Of a stretch of 64,000 nucleotides of DNA, positions 37,566 through 51,685 are shown one piece after another (the first letter of the stretch is position 1; the number at the start of each line of letters is the position of its first letter). The notes beneath the pieces were generated by a model. The model made no database searches. It saw only the letters and a program-made list of their open reading frames with translations, and was not told where the DNA came from. A program made the position numbers and the translations under genes. Source of the DNA: Fimicolochytrium jonesii (lineage: Eukaryota); NCBI RefSeq assembly GCF_025526975.1, contig NW_026515674.1, positions 682,001-746,000 on the forward strand. Direction: 5' to 3'.

Positions 37566-37987
37566 ATTCTGACCCGGTCTTGGAACATTGACACACCTCG
37601 CCCTCACTTGTAGTTGAACCCACTCGCCCGAACCCACACACACCATCCACCCTAGTTTCCCAGCTCGCTGGTTCTTCCTCTCATCAACTCCCATACCATG
37701 CATAGAGTAGTCTTTGGGCTTGTTTGATAGCTTATTTTGTTTTTGTATTGGTCAATTGTAATTATCTGTCTCTATTGCCTTGATGTTGGAAGCTGGACGC
37801 TGGCGAACATGTCATCGATGCCTCCCTGACGCGACATGACAAGGTGCGGCCGTTCAAAAGTTCACACGATCCTTACGCATTTGACAAGCAGACAACCACA
37901 CAATTTGCGGGCTATTGAATAGTTTTAAGTTTAGTCCTTAGGAGCAGATACGGCCGCCCTCTTCGTATCCCATCGCTATCCCGGAAC

Positions 37988-40900
37988 ATGAGGGTCCACT
38001 CAAGTAAACGAAGCCTCTCCAAGCAAACCTTCGGTAAGCACCGTAACTGATCTTGCAGCATTTCGAGGATGACGTGGACCGCATGCCTATGATGTTCTTA
38101 CATATTTTGTCCATCTGCTTACTGGCTACTCTCAACAGTGTTTGCCCTCGTCTTTGTATGGTTCGTTGCGGTCACAATCGTAAGAGCGGATGCGCCGGTC
38201 GATACCCCCGCGGTGTTGAATGGTGATGCGGACGGGCCGGGGAAGGCGTTGGAAAATACTGTTTCAGGAGGAATGGGAGAGGGTGCGAAGGAGGAAAATG
38301 TGGCCGGGGAAGGTGAGTGCTGCCATCTCGGTCTAACGCCCACTGGTTGGATCCAATGGTTGCGTCCAATGGTTGCCGGGTATCGACGAGGCTCAACACC
38401 AACGGTTAACTTGCTTACCATGCGTCCAAACCCATCCTAGCCAACAAAGCCACACTGGAAGAACAACGAAACGCAACCTTCAACGAAACCCTCCGAACCC
38501 TCAAATCCCTCGCCCGCCGCAAATCCCGTCGCACACCCACAGACAGCAGCAACGGCGACCTCCTCCAAACCGCCATCAACGCCGTGATCGGCAACGTCCT
38601 CCCTGGCCCCTTAGGCGAGCTCGTCGACGAGGTCCGACAGCGCATTCTCGCCCATGTCGACTCTGACGGCGAGCAAGGGGATGTGGGGGAGGAAGCGGGA
38701 GATGAGGATGTCTCGTGGACGGCGTTGCCGGGGATTGAGGAGGGGGATTCCTGGGCTGTGAAGAGAACAAAGGCTTTGAGGGTTTTGAGGGCGTTGGCGA
38801 ATGATGGGCATGACGGGGCGGTTGAGATAATGGGAGACATGCTTCTGGTAAGCAGTGGGGCTGTTATGATGGAGAGGAAGGGTTGCTGATAGGCAACGTT
38901 GGTAGTATGGGGTATTCCAGCATCCGCGAAACGCTAGCAGAGCCTTCAATTACTACTCGAAACTTGCGCATGATACGGGGCGGCCGGCAGGACAACGGCA
39001 AGTGGGTTTGATGTATGCTACAGGCATCGGAGTTGAGAGAGATTACGCGAAGGTACGCAGATGTCGACAGTAGCATGACGGATGAAGTCGGGGCTACATT
39101 GGCTTACCGTGGCTTGGCTGGAATAGGCGCTTCTTTACCTCAGCTTCGCAGTTGTGGGAGGCGACACGATCGCAGAGCAGGCGCTCGGATACTGGCACCT
39201 TATGGGGATCGCTACGCCGCGCAACTGTGACGACGCCGTGGTTTACTACAGGCGCGTCGCTGAAAAAGGTACTGTTCTTTTATAGCACCCGTCCAGACAT
39301 CCGTTCCCATTTCTCATCTCGGCCTCCTGAAACCAGCTGTCGAACGATTCAATTCCGGACCACCTGGTGGGCTAGCCATGCCGCTTGCGAAGATGCGGTT
39401 GCCGGATCAGGATGGTGGTGTCTATGGTTTTGGCGCGAGTGGAACCGGGGACCCGAACCTGCGGTCGGGCGGTAGATCGGGCGGGGCTATGAGCACTGAG
39501 GACATTTTGCAGTACTATCGGTTGCAGGCGGATGGAGGGGATCCGTTGGCACAGGTATTACTAGCATGCACGCGCAATAACAGAGTGCAGTCAACCAACA
39601 ATCAAATTTGTGTTTCCCAACCAGCTCTTAATCGGCCAGCTATTCTACCTCGGCTCCTACAACGTTAAACAAAACTTTCAAAAAGCCATGCTTTACTTCC
39701 GCCAAGTCGCCAGCCAGCATCCCGGCCTCAAACCCGCCCGCGGCAGCAGCGAGGAGGCGCCCCAGACCGTCCGCGACGCCGCGACGTCTGCGATGGGCTT
39801 CATTGGGCAGATGTATTGGCGCGGCGAGGGTGTGGACGTGAATCTGGATGCTGCGAGGAAGTGGTTTGAGAAAGGTGCTGAGGATGAGAATGGGGTCTGT
39901 CTGCATGGGCTGGCGGTTATGTATATTGAGGGGCTGGGTGTTCCGAGGGTAGGTCTCTTTCGTGGTTTTATTTGCTCCCGTTATAGCACATGGACTGACC
40001 CTGACTTGTCATCTTAGGATCCCGCAAAAGGCCTAAGCTACCTCAACCTCGCAGCCAAGAAAGACCACGCGGATGCACAAGTCCGGCTGGGCAAAATGTA
40101 CTTTGCAAGGGGCAAAGCAGAGTACCAGAACGCGATGAGCTGGTTCAATGCCGCCCGGAATAAAGGCCACATTGTGGCTTTGTACCATTTGGGCGAAATG
40201 CATGAGTATGGATACGGACTGCCCGCGCCGACTTGCCACGTCGCTGTTTTGGTGGGTGTCGTTTCTGCCATTCGCAAGAAGACTCGTGTTATATATCCAA
40301 GAACTGACGGTTGAGTTTGTCCTGTAGTACTATAAGAGCGTCGCGGAGAAAGGCGATTGGCACGATCCAACCATCCATGCCGCACCGGAGGACTTCCGTA
40401 CCGGGGACTACGAAGGGGCATTTATCAAGTATCTTTTCGCAGCTGAGCGAGGGTATGAAGTGGCGCAGACCAATGCTGCGTGGATCATCGATCGAGGTTC
40501 GTAGCATGAAACCCGGAGAAAATCATGACATTCATCGGACCGGAACGGGAAGACTAACGCGGTGGATTTGATTGTTCCTCACCCCGGCAGGATACTACAA
40601 TCCAGAGAAAACAGGTGCACTTTTACCTCCCGCTCACGCGACAAAGAAGTCGGACAGAACCGACGTTCAGCCTTACGACGCGCACTCGACCGCACTGTAC
40701 CTGTGGAACCGCGCAGCCAACCAGGGCAACGTTAACGCTCGGGTAAAAATGGGCGATTACTACTACTACGGGCAGGGCGTACCGAAAGCGGCGGAAGCGA
40801 AAACCACGGAAACCACTGCCAAAGATGGCGTTACCCCTACCGACGGAGATAAGTCCGCAGCTGAACCGGAGACGGCGCCCGTCACTGATCCAGAAGACAG

Positions 40901-41849
40901 CCGCTCCTTCGTCCAGGACATCATCGACACCCTGAACGGATATATATCGTCCCTCTTCCCTTCGCCGACGCACCATCACACGAAAGGCGATCCCCAGCGT
41001 GCGGCGGTGTACTACCAAGTAGCCGCCGACAACGAATTCTCCAGCATCGCCATGTGGAACCTTGGCTGGATGCACGAAAAGGGCATCGGCGTAGCCCAGG
41101 ACTACCATCTCGCCAAACGCTTCTACGACCGCTGTCTCGTCACAAATCCGGAGGCGTACTTGCCCGTCAACCTGGCCCTGGCGAAGCTGAGGCTGAAAAT
41201 GTTTTGGCGGTGGGTGAAGGACGGCGGGTTGTGGTCGGGCGTATCGTTTCCGAGCTTTTTGGGCGGGGATGAGGTGCAACATATGGACTTTGACCCTGTT
41301 GCCGGCGGCGGCGGCGGCGCGAATGATGCGGTTATGGGTGGCGCGAATCGAAAGACGGGCGAAGGTGAGCCGCGGCCTCATCGACAACAACAGCATAATC
41401 CGTGGGACGACTATTACGAGTACGACGATTTCCTGGAACGGTTCGGAGAAGATGCGGGCGGGCTGGATGATGACGGGTTTGGAGTGGCGGGAGCCAGTGA
41501 TAGCTTCATCATCGTCATGCTGTGTGGGGTAGCCGCCGCCCTCCTGGCGTGGCGGCAAGGCGTGTTGCGGAGACGGCAGGAGGAGATCCGGAGGGGTATG
41601 GAGAGGCTGGCGAGAGAGCAGGCGCTCGTGCAGCAACAGCAGCGGAGACCACATGGGGGTGTGGGTGGTATGGCCGGGGCGAGTGGGCCTGTTGTTCCCG
41701 ACCCGCCGGCCGCGGTGGAGGAGCAATCACCGGTTTCTGAAACGTTACCAGCTTCAGAGGTCGCACAAACAGCTGCGCCAAGTAGTGAATCCCAGGAAGG
41801 ATTGAGTCGACGGGCACCACCTAGCGAAGCGGCGGATGCGCAGGAATAG
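37988..41849 (+). CDS. HRD3: Sel1-repeat ERAD receptor (Hrd3/SEL1L-like), with signal peptide and C-terminal TM helix
   Basis: Signal-like N-terminus; multiple Sel1 repeats (GQMYWRGEGV..NLDAARKWFEKGA; AAERGYEVAQTNAAWI; WNRAANQGNVNARVKMGDYYYYG; AMWNLGWMHEKGIGVAQDYHLAKRFYD); TM segment FIIVMLCGVAAALLAW. Confidence 0.9.
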
Positions 41850-42102
41850 GGGGGCAGGTTTCTGGTCAATCAATCACTATAATCTGTAGTATATGTACCT
41901 AACATGGCCCGTGTAGTAAAACATCGCAGCTGGCTCGGTCACGAACGGCGTGAGTGTTAAAGGTGTCCAATCGATAGACAACGGCTGTACGGTCCCAATA
42001 TGCAAACGCGGTAGAAGGTCTCCAAAATTCTATTCTGGTACACGGGCGATGGGAGGGTTCGCTCAACGTTCCTCTCTCCATCACTTTCTATACTGTTTCT
42101 CA

Positions 42103-43040
42103 TCAATGCCCCACAATCCTCTTCCACCACGGGCTTCTCGGCCGCCCTCCTTGCTCCACGCCATCCTGCTTGTCTCTGGCTGCTTGCTCCCTCAGCTGCA
42201 ATATCTGTACGGCGTCCTTCAAAAACTTGCGAACGAGTTCCGTCTCCCTGTTGTCCAGATCGTCCAGATTTTTCTGGTCCATAACTTGATCGAGTTCCGC
42301 TAATGCCGAGGCTAGCTTCTCTTTGGCCAGTGTTATGTACGTCACTGATGAAAGTGGAGGGAGTAAGGCGGCAGGTTCCATCGTAGCAAACATGCGTAGG
42401 CCCACTTACCATCTGCATTTGTCCAATTGAACGCGACGTTCAACCGATAATCACCAAATAGAGATGCCAACTCCGCCGTATGTTGCGCTTGACGTTCCTT
42501 CTTCACTTCCTCTTCGCTTTTCTTCCCCTCCGGTCCATCCTCCTTTCCGTTGTCGTCCGCGTCGTCGTCGTCGTCGTCATCGTCCGGCTCATACACAAAT
42601 ATGCCTAGTTGCGCTAACCACGCAGAACCATGTATTGCAGCAAGGGATCCCAGCGTGATGCCCGAACTCGCTACGATGAAGAGTTTGAGCCAGGCGCGCC
42701 ATGAGAAGTCTATTAGGTCTTCTGCGATCGATTTGAAAGGGGATGTCGCCTACGAGGAAGACCGGGCAGTTAAAATTAGCCTAAGGGGCGAAGATCCATC
42801 TTCCTATATCGGGAGATAGAGACCAAGGTGCAGAAGCTATACACATACCGGCCATTCGACTTCTTTCCGGAGCGGGGCCGGGGATGGGTTGGACGCGTAG
42901 GTTCGCCGTTTGCAAGTGTTCGTGGGTCGCGATCGTGGGAGGAAGGATGTGCGGCGATCGTTCGGAAAGCGTGAGACAGTGGAACGCCTAGCCAAGAGCG
43001 GGAAGACTTTGCTGTAGGGTGTTGCTATCCGGGACGACAT
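42103..43040 (-). CDS. SMDT1: EMRE-like essential MCU regulator with C-terminal extension (3 exons)
   Basis: Mitochondrial presequence-like exon 1; exon 2 translates to WRAWLKLFIVASSGITLGSLAAIHGSAWLAQLGIFVYEPDDDDDDDD (single TM, then IFV, then poly-Asp), followed by a helical extension. Confidence 0.72.
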
Positions 43041-43515
43041 GACGACGTTGGGCGGCGGTGTTGGGATGGAATGAGGTGCAGCATGAAAGTCTAGCTGCGT
43101 GATGAAGAATGACGCGCATATAGAACGGCATCTAAGTTGCAACTTCTCTCAAGTCACGTGAGTAGGCTCAGATTAAAAGTGCAAAAGCCGCATTCGGGGA
43201 AACGGTTTGAATTTTCAAACTCCCTCGGGCGGTCATTGATTTGACTACGTGGTGCAATGTGCAGAGGAGCTGTCGTGCAAGGAGGGAGTCAGTAGATAGT
43301 GGGCGGAACTCTCTTTCATAGATCGATAGTGTCTCCTGCGTCTGTGGATTTTGATGGAGCAGAAGGCATATTCCTTGGGATTCCGTGCTTTGTATTATCA
43401 CAGCTGACGAGCGTACACCTTGTTCCCACGAGCCAAGGGTCAAGCCTGGGTAGTAGAGGAGGATCAATATTCCCAGGAACGACGTCGACTAGGGCCTAGG
43501 AAGAGTTTTCCCGCA

Positions 43516-46500
43516 ATGATCTTCGTTTTCATCATCGACACGAGCGCGTCCATGAATGGTCTGTTTTCCAACAACTTGACGTACTTGGAATGTGCGAAAT
43601 CTGGCGTAGAGCACTTCTTTAAGGTGCGATGCGGTCGTAAATAATGCACATACTCAGCAAGCCTGGGGGGGGGGGGGGGGGGGGGGGGGGCCGTCGAGGG
43701 TCTTTGTTCTTCCTGGTGACCCGCGAAATCTGCTGTTTCCTTATACCGTTTTCTTTTCTTTCACCGCCTGGCCAACTGCGTTTCAAAGTGGGAGCATATG
43801 TCATCGAATAGAGCAAACAACAAGTACATGCTGGTTACGTATGCAGACCAAGCCTATAAGGTACATCGGAGTTTCATCAGGCGTTTTAGGATGCGACATG
43901 GATCGTTCAGAGATGCACCGGTGTCGAGTATTCACGCAAGGCAAACCCGATGCTGATTTCTTTACGGTGCTTCAGACGCTTCTCGATACGGACAACGATC
44001 AAACTCTGCTGCAGGAAGTCAAGATGCTGCAAGCAACAGATCTGTCCACCGCCGGGACGACCTTTGCGAAAGTATTCGAGTACCTCGATGCATATAGGCG
44101 TAGGAACAATTTTGATAACATTGGAAAAGTGCGTATGGAACCCTCTGCCGCGCGGACGCGAAACATACGGCGGAGTTCACAGGTTGATGGTTGATGCTTT
44201 TAGGGGAGATATCCGGCTGATGCTGAAACGACAAACATTTTCTGGTTCACGGATGGAGGACATTACTCTGAAAAACTGCGCGACAAATGGGTCCTATCAG
44301 ACGAACTGCACATCCCACGGCTCCAGACGCCGGGTCAGGAGTTCTACTTTGAACCGTTTCGATGGGACCAACGGCTCTTCACATTATGGATGACTCCGAC
44401 CGTCGATCCATTAAACAAACTTCCACAAATGAGCACTGTGATGCGGGGGGAGTGGTGGCAGATTCCGAACGTGCGATATCTAATGCATTGCATCGACAAC
44501 TGCATGCATTCTAAGCACCCGAACGTACATCCCCTCGCCCCGGTGTGTACCGCGGAGGGGGTTCTGGTCAACATGGTGGAAAGCCCCGTTACAGCAGGAA
44601 ACAAACCAACAACTGTGGAGGCTCTCATGATTCACTCAACAAAATCATCAACTCGTCACTTCCCTATACCGGAAGCCTACTGGCCGGATGCAATTGCACC
44701 AGACCCGAATACGAACACATTATCGATACCTCAACGTACGGCACATCCAACAATATTCTACACGAGAAAGGATGACATATATCCCATTCCTGAAGGATTC
44801 CCAGTCGACCGTTATAGCATTGATCAACGGAGTGAGATTGTACAAGCCTTGATGAAGCAGAAAGAAAAAATCAGCTGGACTCTCTATGTGCAAGGGAGTG
44901 GCCAAACCAGCGGTTTCGGGGAGCCTTTTGGAACGTTGAAGTACAGCGAGAGTAGTAAGACTGTCAGCATGTATCTGATGCCATACAACTTTCCATGGCT
45001 CTTCTCCGCCATTTTGGATCTGCGGAGAAAAGGGTCGACCAAATTGGCCAATGCGGCAAACACAGCCCGCGACATTGCGGATTATATTCGTTCGGTACCA
45101 TTATACTATCGCGAGCCGCTACGGAAAGCGTTTACGCAAATAGACTTGATGCATTTGTGGCCGCCAGACGTTTTGGTCCAGCCCAACACGCACATTGCTG
45201 ATTACTATTCGGAAACGGTAGCTAAAGCAACCCTGATGGCTCAGGAGACTCAGAAATCTCTCCAGCACCTGCGAAGTCTGGCTATCACTGCACAACCGAC
45301 ACTGACGTCAAAGGGCAAAACTATTGAATCTTTACCGACGAACCCGTTCGATGTGCCACGGGATCAATTGCTCTCCGCTTTGTCAGATCTTCGAGGCGCC
45401 TTCAAAGCCAGCCTTGGACCTGGAGGATCAACGACGTTTGGGCCCGGACACCGCTCCCAGGAGGAGGAGGACCGGTTACATTCACTGCCGATATCGCAAA
45501 TGGGGAATTACGCTCCTCGAATGCATAAACAGCAGCGGCAGCGAGATCCCCTCGAAGACGAAGAAGTTGCCAAACGACGGGACAAGAATGTTTTTGGCAA
45601 CCCGTACCGACAGGACAAGAAGGTGTCCATTGACGAAGAAGACGAAGCGTCCCAGATGGAAGTGGATGTCGAAGCTCCTGATGACGAGGATGCTGCGTCC
45701 CTTACCTCCCGTGGAAGTGGCGAATCTGGAAACACGGGGGCTACCTCAACAAGAAAACGACGGCGGTTACGTGCATTACTGGCAGGCTCCGCTTCTTCCA
45801 CCACGTCCACGAGGTCTTTCAAATTCAATCGCGTCCCTCGGTTATCGCCCTCACCTGCACCCATTCTCGTCGTTCCGCCTGCTCCGGAATGGGCGAAGAT
45901 CAGGGAAGGCAGTATCCGCGAAGACATGGAGAACAGACGACGGCTTGCGGAACAAGAATATCAAACGCGCCAGAAAGACGGTGCTATGACGCTCGCCACG
46001 AAACTCAATGCGGTGCAGGAACGCAGTAGCCCCGTTACAACAGCGCCTAAAGCCGCTCCCAGAAGAGACTTTCGGCGAAATAGCACAGTAGAGCGCATCG
46101 GCGAGTGGATGACCGGGGTTACGAACGATCTGACGCATGGATCGGATTCCGACATATCTTCTGATTTGGCAAACGGTATGCATCCGAGGGACATATCTCC
46201 ACCGCCGAGTCATCCGCGACTGGATTTCAACAAGGAAAACAATGTGCTTGGATCGCCACACGATGGGCAGATATCCGAAGACTCCCATATTATGTCCGGA
46301 ATGGAACCTATATCACCGACTGACTCAACGAACGGGTCACCGGTGGACAGCATGCAACTAAGACATGAAGACCAAGTAACGCAGCCCTGGGGTCGATGGG
46401 ACTCCAAGGGGGATGTCAGGCGTATGGTGCATAAAGCGTTCGCGGCGGTGCCCAAAGGTAAGACAAATCCTCCCCTTCATAGCACCGATGCCCATATACG

Positions 46501-46744
46501 GTTTCCCCCGCGGTACTCACAGGGCGACCCCTTCGAACTCGCAGATTACAATCGGATCAAACTCCTCCAAACACTGTCTCGAGTGGCGAGCAGCCCACAT
46601 CTGAATCTCGTGGATCGCAAATTCGTGCTGAATCATGCGTTGTCTGCTGCCCGCGGGTTTCGCCGGTTTGATGTCTTGGCGGATATTGAAGCTTTAGTAC
46701 GCGAGGCAGGCGCTGCGAATGGGGTTCACTCGGATGCGCCATAG
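43516..46744 (+). CDS. INTS6: Integrator complex subunit 6 (vWA domain, INTS6/DDX26-like)
   Basis: MIFVFIIDTSASMN...YLECAKSGVEHFFK, KYMLVTY, WFTDG, EPFRWDQRLF, FPIPEAYWPD, RTAHP, PFG.LK, MPYNFP, HSLPISQMGNY and FGNPY; short C-terminal helical domain. Confidence 0.9.
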
Positions 46745-47626
46745 GACGGCGGAATATGGACAGAGGATATAGCCTGAGATCAGACGCAAGAGTTCGGTGT
46801 CTTGTATGGGCGTCGAACGTGGCTTCGATGAGGAAGACATCGGGTGTTCGCTGCTTAGGGGTGTGCATACTGGATGCCGGACGGTTCCATTGAAAAGCCC
46901 GATGAGATATTTGGTGGACGCGGCGCCATTCCCAGCCGCCGCCCTGTCACCGCCACTCCTCGGCTCACATCACTCCACAGAACCGCACACTCTATCACGG
47001 TACTTTTGGCTGCTACAATCACCATCACACGGCATCCGCACCAGGATATAATCGCTGTTTACTTTTTGGGATTCGATAAGTTAGATTGAACATGGGGATC
47101 GATTCCTGGGAGCAGATTTCTGTTGACGACCACGATCGCCGACCCTTATGCATCGATTACGAATGATATCCTTGATGTGTGGAATGTATGGTTGAAACCT
47201 CATATATCGACACCCTGACAAACTGCCTAAACGAACGGCTGAACGTCGGCGGCGGTAGTCGCAAGAAAGGAAGCGTAGGGCATACATGTGATCAATCCTT
47301 TCGCAAAGGGAAAGAATAAAGAAATGTAGCACATCTCAGAGCCGTGGCAATGCATAAGGCGGGCTGCTGCAGTTACGCAGTTCCAACCGGAGCCGAATCG
47401 CGGTGTCGAATATCGTCAAAGGCTAGAACTGTTACGTACAGTAAACTCCCGCATTGGCCATGAGTTAACTGCCATCCAGCCAACAAAGAAAGCATGGACA
47501 TCCTGCGCACGTTTGAAGGCCTGTCACATCAAGGCAACTCCAGGCCTACTTAGGATAGAGCGCTTTCAGAAAATGATATTGACACCCTGTTCCGAACGTA
47601 TATGTACAGCCAACAGAAACAGCTCC

Positions 47627-50446
47627 TCATCCCTGATTCAGGTTGCCCAGAACACTTGTACCTCCTCCCGCGCTGGACCCTCCCTCACTTCCTCTATCCG
47701 ATATCCGCTCCCACTCCCTCCGATTCCTCGCCGACGTAGCCGCCACGCCCGTAGGAACATGGACGGGTATGCCGCTCCCTGCGACCCCACCGCTAATGTC
47801 CATCATACTGGAATGCGGGTCGAGGATGGCAGGGTGCGTTCCGGTGGCTGTGCTTGGATAGGACCCGGGCAGCTGGGAACTACCGAAACTGGCCAGCGCG
47901 GTTTTGACGCGGTCTTTGACGTCCATGTTGAGGTCGTCGGCCATTGATTCCAGGATTGGGACGAAACCGAGTTGGCGGAGGCGTTCCGTGCGATCCGACG
48001 CGCCTGCATCATCTGTCCAAGTGAGGTTAATGACGCACCATACGGTTGCGAGGCGGATGTTGGAGCTAGAAGATGTCTGTGACATCAGGCAATGGTGTGA
48101 GCGTCGGTAACCGTATTGGCTCTAAGCGGTCGCCTCTTATTTATTCGGCGGACTCACCATAAAACGCAATATACTCCGCAGCAGTAGGTCCCGGCCCATA
48201 ATGGCGGCTTTATGCCGGTCATTTCCCGTGGATATGTTGACGATGACGTACAGCCCTTGCAAGACCAGGTCCTCATTTGCAGGGAACTGCGAGAGCTTGG
48301 TTTCGAGAATGTCCAAGAGTCTCCTTTCCCCGAGCCCTTGAAAGACTTGCTCGATGTCGGCTTCCTTCCCACATGCGAGGTTTCGTAAGAGATTCAGGGC
48401 TTGTTCTTGGATGGCTACCTCCGGGTCGGCGATCAAGCTGTCAATGGACTTTTTGTCAGTTATGGATATGAGCATTTGACCGGGGCGCTAAGGCTGCAAT
48501 ATGCGCAGGAAACTCACCACATGAGACTGTCCCACTCCAAACCTTTCATGACCTTCTCCTTGATGTCACTATCGGCCTGATACAATAGATTCTTCAAAGC
48601 CCAGACAGCGTTCAACCTTAAATGGCCATCCATGCTGCGCGCCAGCTCAATCAAGCGCTCAACGCCCCCATTGTCAAGCACCGTTTTCTTCATCGGGGAG
48701 AAATCCATGACAATGTTGCACAAGGTGGCAGACGCGGTGAGCTGTACTTTTTCGCTCTCATCATAAAGAAGTTTGAAGATTGGCAACCCTACTCCTGCGT
48801 CGACGAGAGACGTGCGCAGATTCTTCACGGATCTTGACAAAGACCGTGTGCAATCGCACGCGGCACAGCGGACTCTGTGGTTCGGATGCGACATGGCCTT
48901 CACAATGTGAGGAAGGAGTTTGGCGTCGATAACCTGGAAGGTTTGATGTCATTTTGTCAATTTCATTGAACCCGTCAAAAGCAAGCCTCCTCGGGAAACA
49001 CCCCATACTCACTTGTTTCCGGCACTCTTCTTTGAGGGAGCAAACCGCAGCAATTGCTTTGAGCGCAGCCTCTAAGACTCTCTCTGCATGTCCACAGCTT
49101 GCCGTCTTCCTGGCTGGAGCCGCAGGAGGAGACTCCGCCGGTGCTGAGAGTTTGCGCTTCTGCTCCTTCTTCGGCTTCGTCTTCCCTGTCTTTCCATCAT
49201 CCGCCTCCTTCCCATTCGCCATTCCGCCAGGGTTCTGGGCAATAATAACCGCAGCCAGCCTCGAAATCGCATCGGCTTCCAGAGCGGCCCTCTGTAAGTC
49301 CTCGCTAGCTTCGACAAGATCAGCAAACACTCGGGGTGCTTTTTCTTGCACCGTCGCCCACCCGGATCCATAGAGAGTGCTTATTGGTGCAGTGTCGGAG
49401 AAAAGCTTGATGAGCGTCGGCAAAATTGTGATATAGGCCTCTTGTGAGCGGTTTGCGGGCATTTTCCCAGTCCGATATATGCGAGTCATGCATGTCGCTG
49501 CCAGAAGTCGCATCACGGGTCTCTGGTCGCGAATCAGGTTTGACATGTAGTACAAGGCCGGACAAAGCGAGCCAGGGACCATAGATTCGACGATGTTTTG
49601 CGCAATTTGCTTGGACCCTCGACAGAGGTTTGCTAGGGCGTCCAAAGCGGCTTCTTGTACTTTTGGGTAAAGCTGGTTCCATTCTGGTGTCAGCAGCGCG
49701 AGCAGTAGCGGAATGGCGCCACTGGCTGCGATTTTCTTTTGATCGTCGGATGTAACGCACACTTTGGCCAGGATTCCCGCCGCCACCTCAGCGACTCTAA
49801 CCGGTGCGTGCAGCTCTGGTGAATGGCATGGGAATGACTCCTTCAGTGGGACCAGCAATTGTATGAGATCCTCGAGGTAGGTTGACTGTGAGAACAGAGG
49901 GAAACAATGCATTAGCACCTTGTGATCATATCAAACAATTTCCCTACTACGGGCCTCACCTCGAAGACCAACTCGTTTGGAGCCTCCGGGCTCTGAAATA
50001 TGGCCTTCAAAGCTCTTGCCCCTGCCTCAGTCAGTTTCAAGTCGCCAGTAGACAGTGACTTGAGTAGAGGCTCTATAGCTTCCGCCTCGACGAGCATCTT
50101 GACATTCCGATCGTTCCCGTACGCGAAACTGCCCAGAACCACGGCGACCTGCGCGCGCAATTCGACATTGCTCGTGGGATCCGATAATAACTCGACCAGA
50201 CTACATTATGGCACGGAAGAAGAAGAGAGAAAGCCGGGTTTAAGAATAATAACACATAGGCATAAGAGCCTTCCACCTTCTGATAGGAACTTACCGCGCA
50301 GCTACCCCAAGACCCAAGTACAGCTCCTTCTTCACCCTGTTACCAATGACATTGTTCTTGATGAAGCGAACTGCACGTGTACGCTCCTGCGGGTCCGCGC
50401 TATTGAGTGCGGCCAGCGCCGCCTCGTGCTTTGCCAAGATCACCAT
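47627..50446 (-). CDS. ARMC8: Armadillo-repeat protein 8 / Vid28 (GID5), CTLH/GID E3 ligase subunit
   Basis: AVRFIKNNVIGNRVKK, VVLGSFAYG, VRCAACDCTRSLSRSVKNLRTSLVD, ASATLCNIVMDFSPMK, LRLNAVWALKNL and EQALNLLRNL. Confidence 0.92.
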
Positions 50447-51685
50447 AGTGCTAGGAGGTGTCAAGGACAAGACAGAGTGGGAACGCTGTTTAGCCGCGAT
50501 TGGCCGTGAACAGGGCGAATCGTTTCTGACGTTGTCTTGAACGCTGAAGAGGTTAGGGGCCCTTGGCTGCACTCAAGTACTGAGAGCTCAAGATGAAAGG
50601 GATGTTGCTGGTCTCTGGTTGTGAGAAGGCGTCGAGGACGCAATCTTTGAGTTGGGACTGAACAAGTTGAAGGCTTGTGACAAGTCATATCCAGCGCGTG
50701 CCAAGTGTTGTCATCCCTTTCTCTGCCTTCTCCTCCTTCTCCGATACACAGACGGTTCGCCAACTTGGCATTCCCGCCTATGATGGAAATGTGACGGGTT
50801 TCTGTATGGAGACGATGGACGGCAGCATGAGATCTTCGAGGGAACATATGTGCATACTCCGGGAGCTGAGAGCCCCAAACAACAATATATATACACAAAA
50901 TATAAGCCAAACCCCCGCCTCAGATGTGTTATGTTTGCTACAAGTAATTTCGCTGAGACGGCTTCCCATGCAACCCCGGTTCGCACCGTTATGACATATT
51001 TAGCTCAACGAGGTCAAATGCCAGCTCAATGGGTCCGGAAGTACTCAGGAGGACGTTCATGGCCTCCGTGTCGTCTCCGGCGTCCTAGACAACGATGCAA
51101 AAGCATCCAACAACCTTACGGGCGTTACCCTCACAAATTCTCCTTCTCCCCCTGCTACGGGCACCTCTTTCCAAACTCCACCCCTTCCGACTCCTCCAAC
51201 CACCGAACATGTTCCCTGACTATCTGCCTCGCTACCGTGGATTCGGCATATCAGTTATGCATCATACGGCTTGCTAAACGCATCTTCTGTTTAGGGCCTT
51301 CCTGCATCTTTCGGCGATTTGGGCGGGAATGGTCGTGACGAGGAGGGTAGAGATGGGTCTTTATTTGCGATCTGCTTCAGCGAAAGGCGATACGCGGTGT
51401 GAATTGCAGAGCTGGTTCAGCAGCAACTCGCACGCAAACTAGCTACATATACATATCATTCGGTCCGTTCCAGCTGGTGTAACAAGCATATCGCCGCTCA
51501 CTGGCACTTTGTTGAACTCACCAACGTCGACCTCACCGATGCCGCCACTGCCTTCCACGTCTTCAACTTCGTCATCACCATCAGCATCCCCAGCGCTTGT
51601 GAAACCTGCCTTGAAGCATAGCCGTTGGCTGAATCTCTGTACACACATGCATACGCACTCGGCCGCCGCTACTGGCACTTCCACG

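Noticed and set aside
40623..41726. Long antisense ORFs (367 aa here, 308 aa at 29490-30416, 284 aa at 9548-10402)
   Set aside because: These are shadows of GC-rich coding sequence on the opposite strand, with no motifs.
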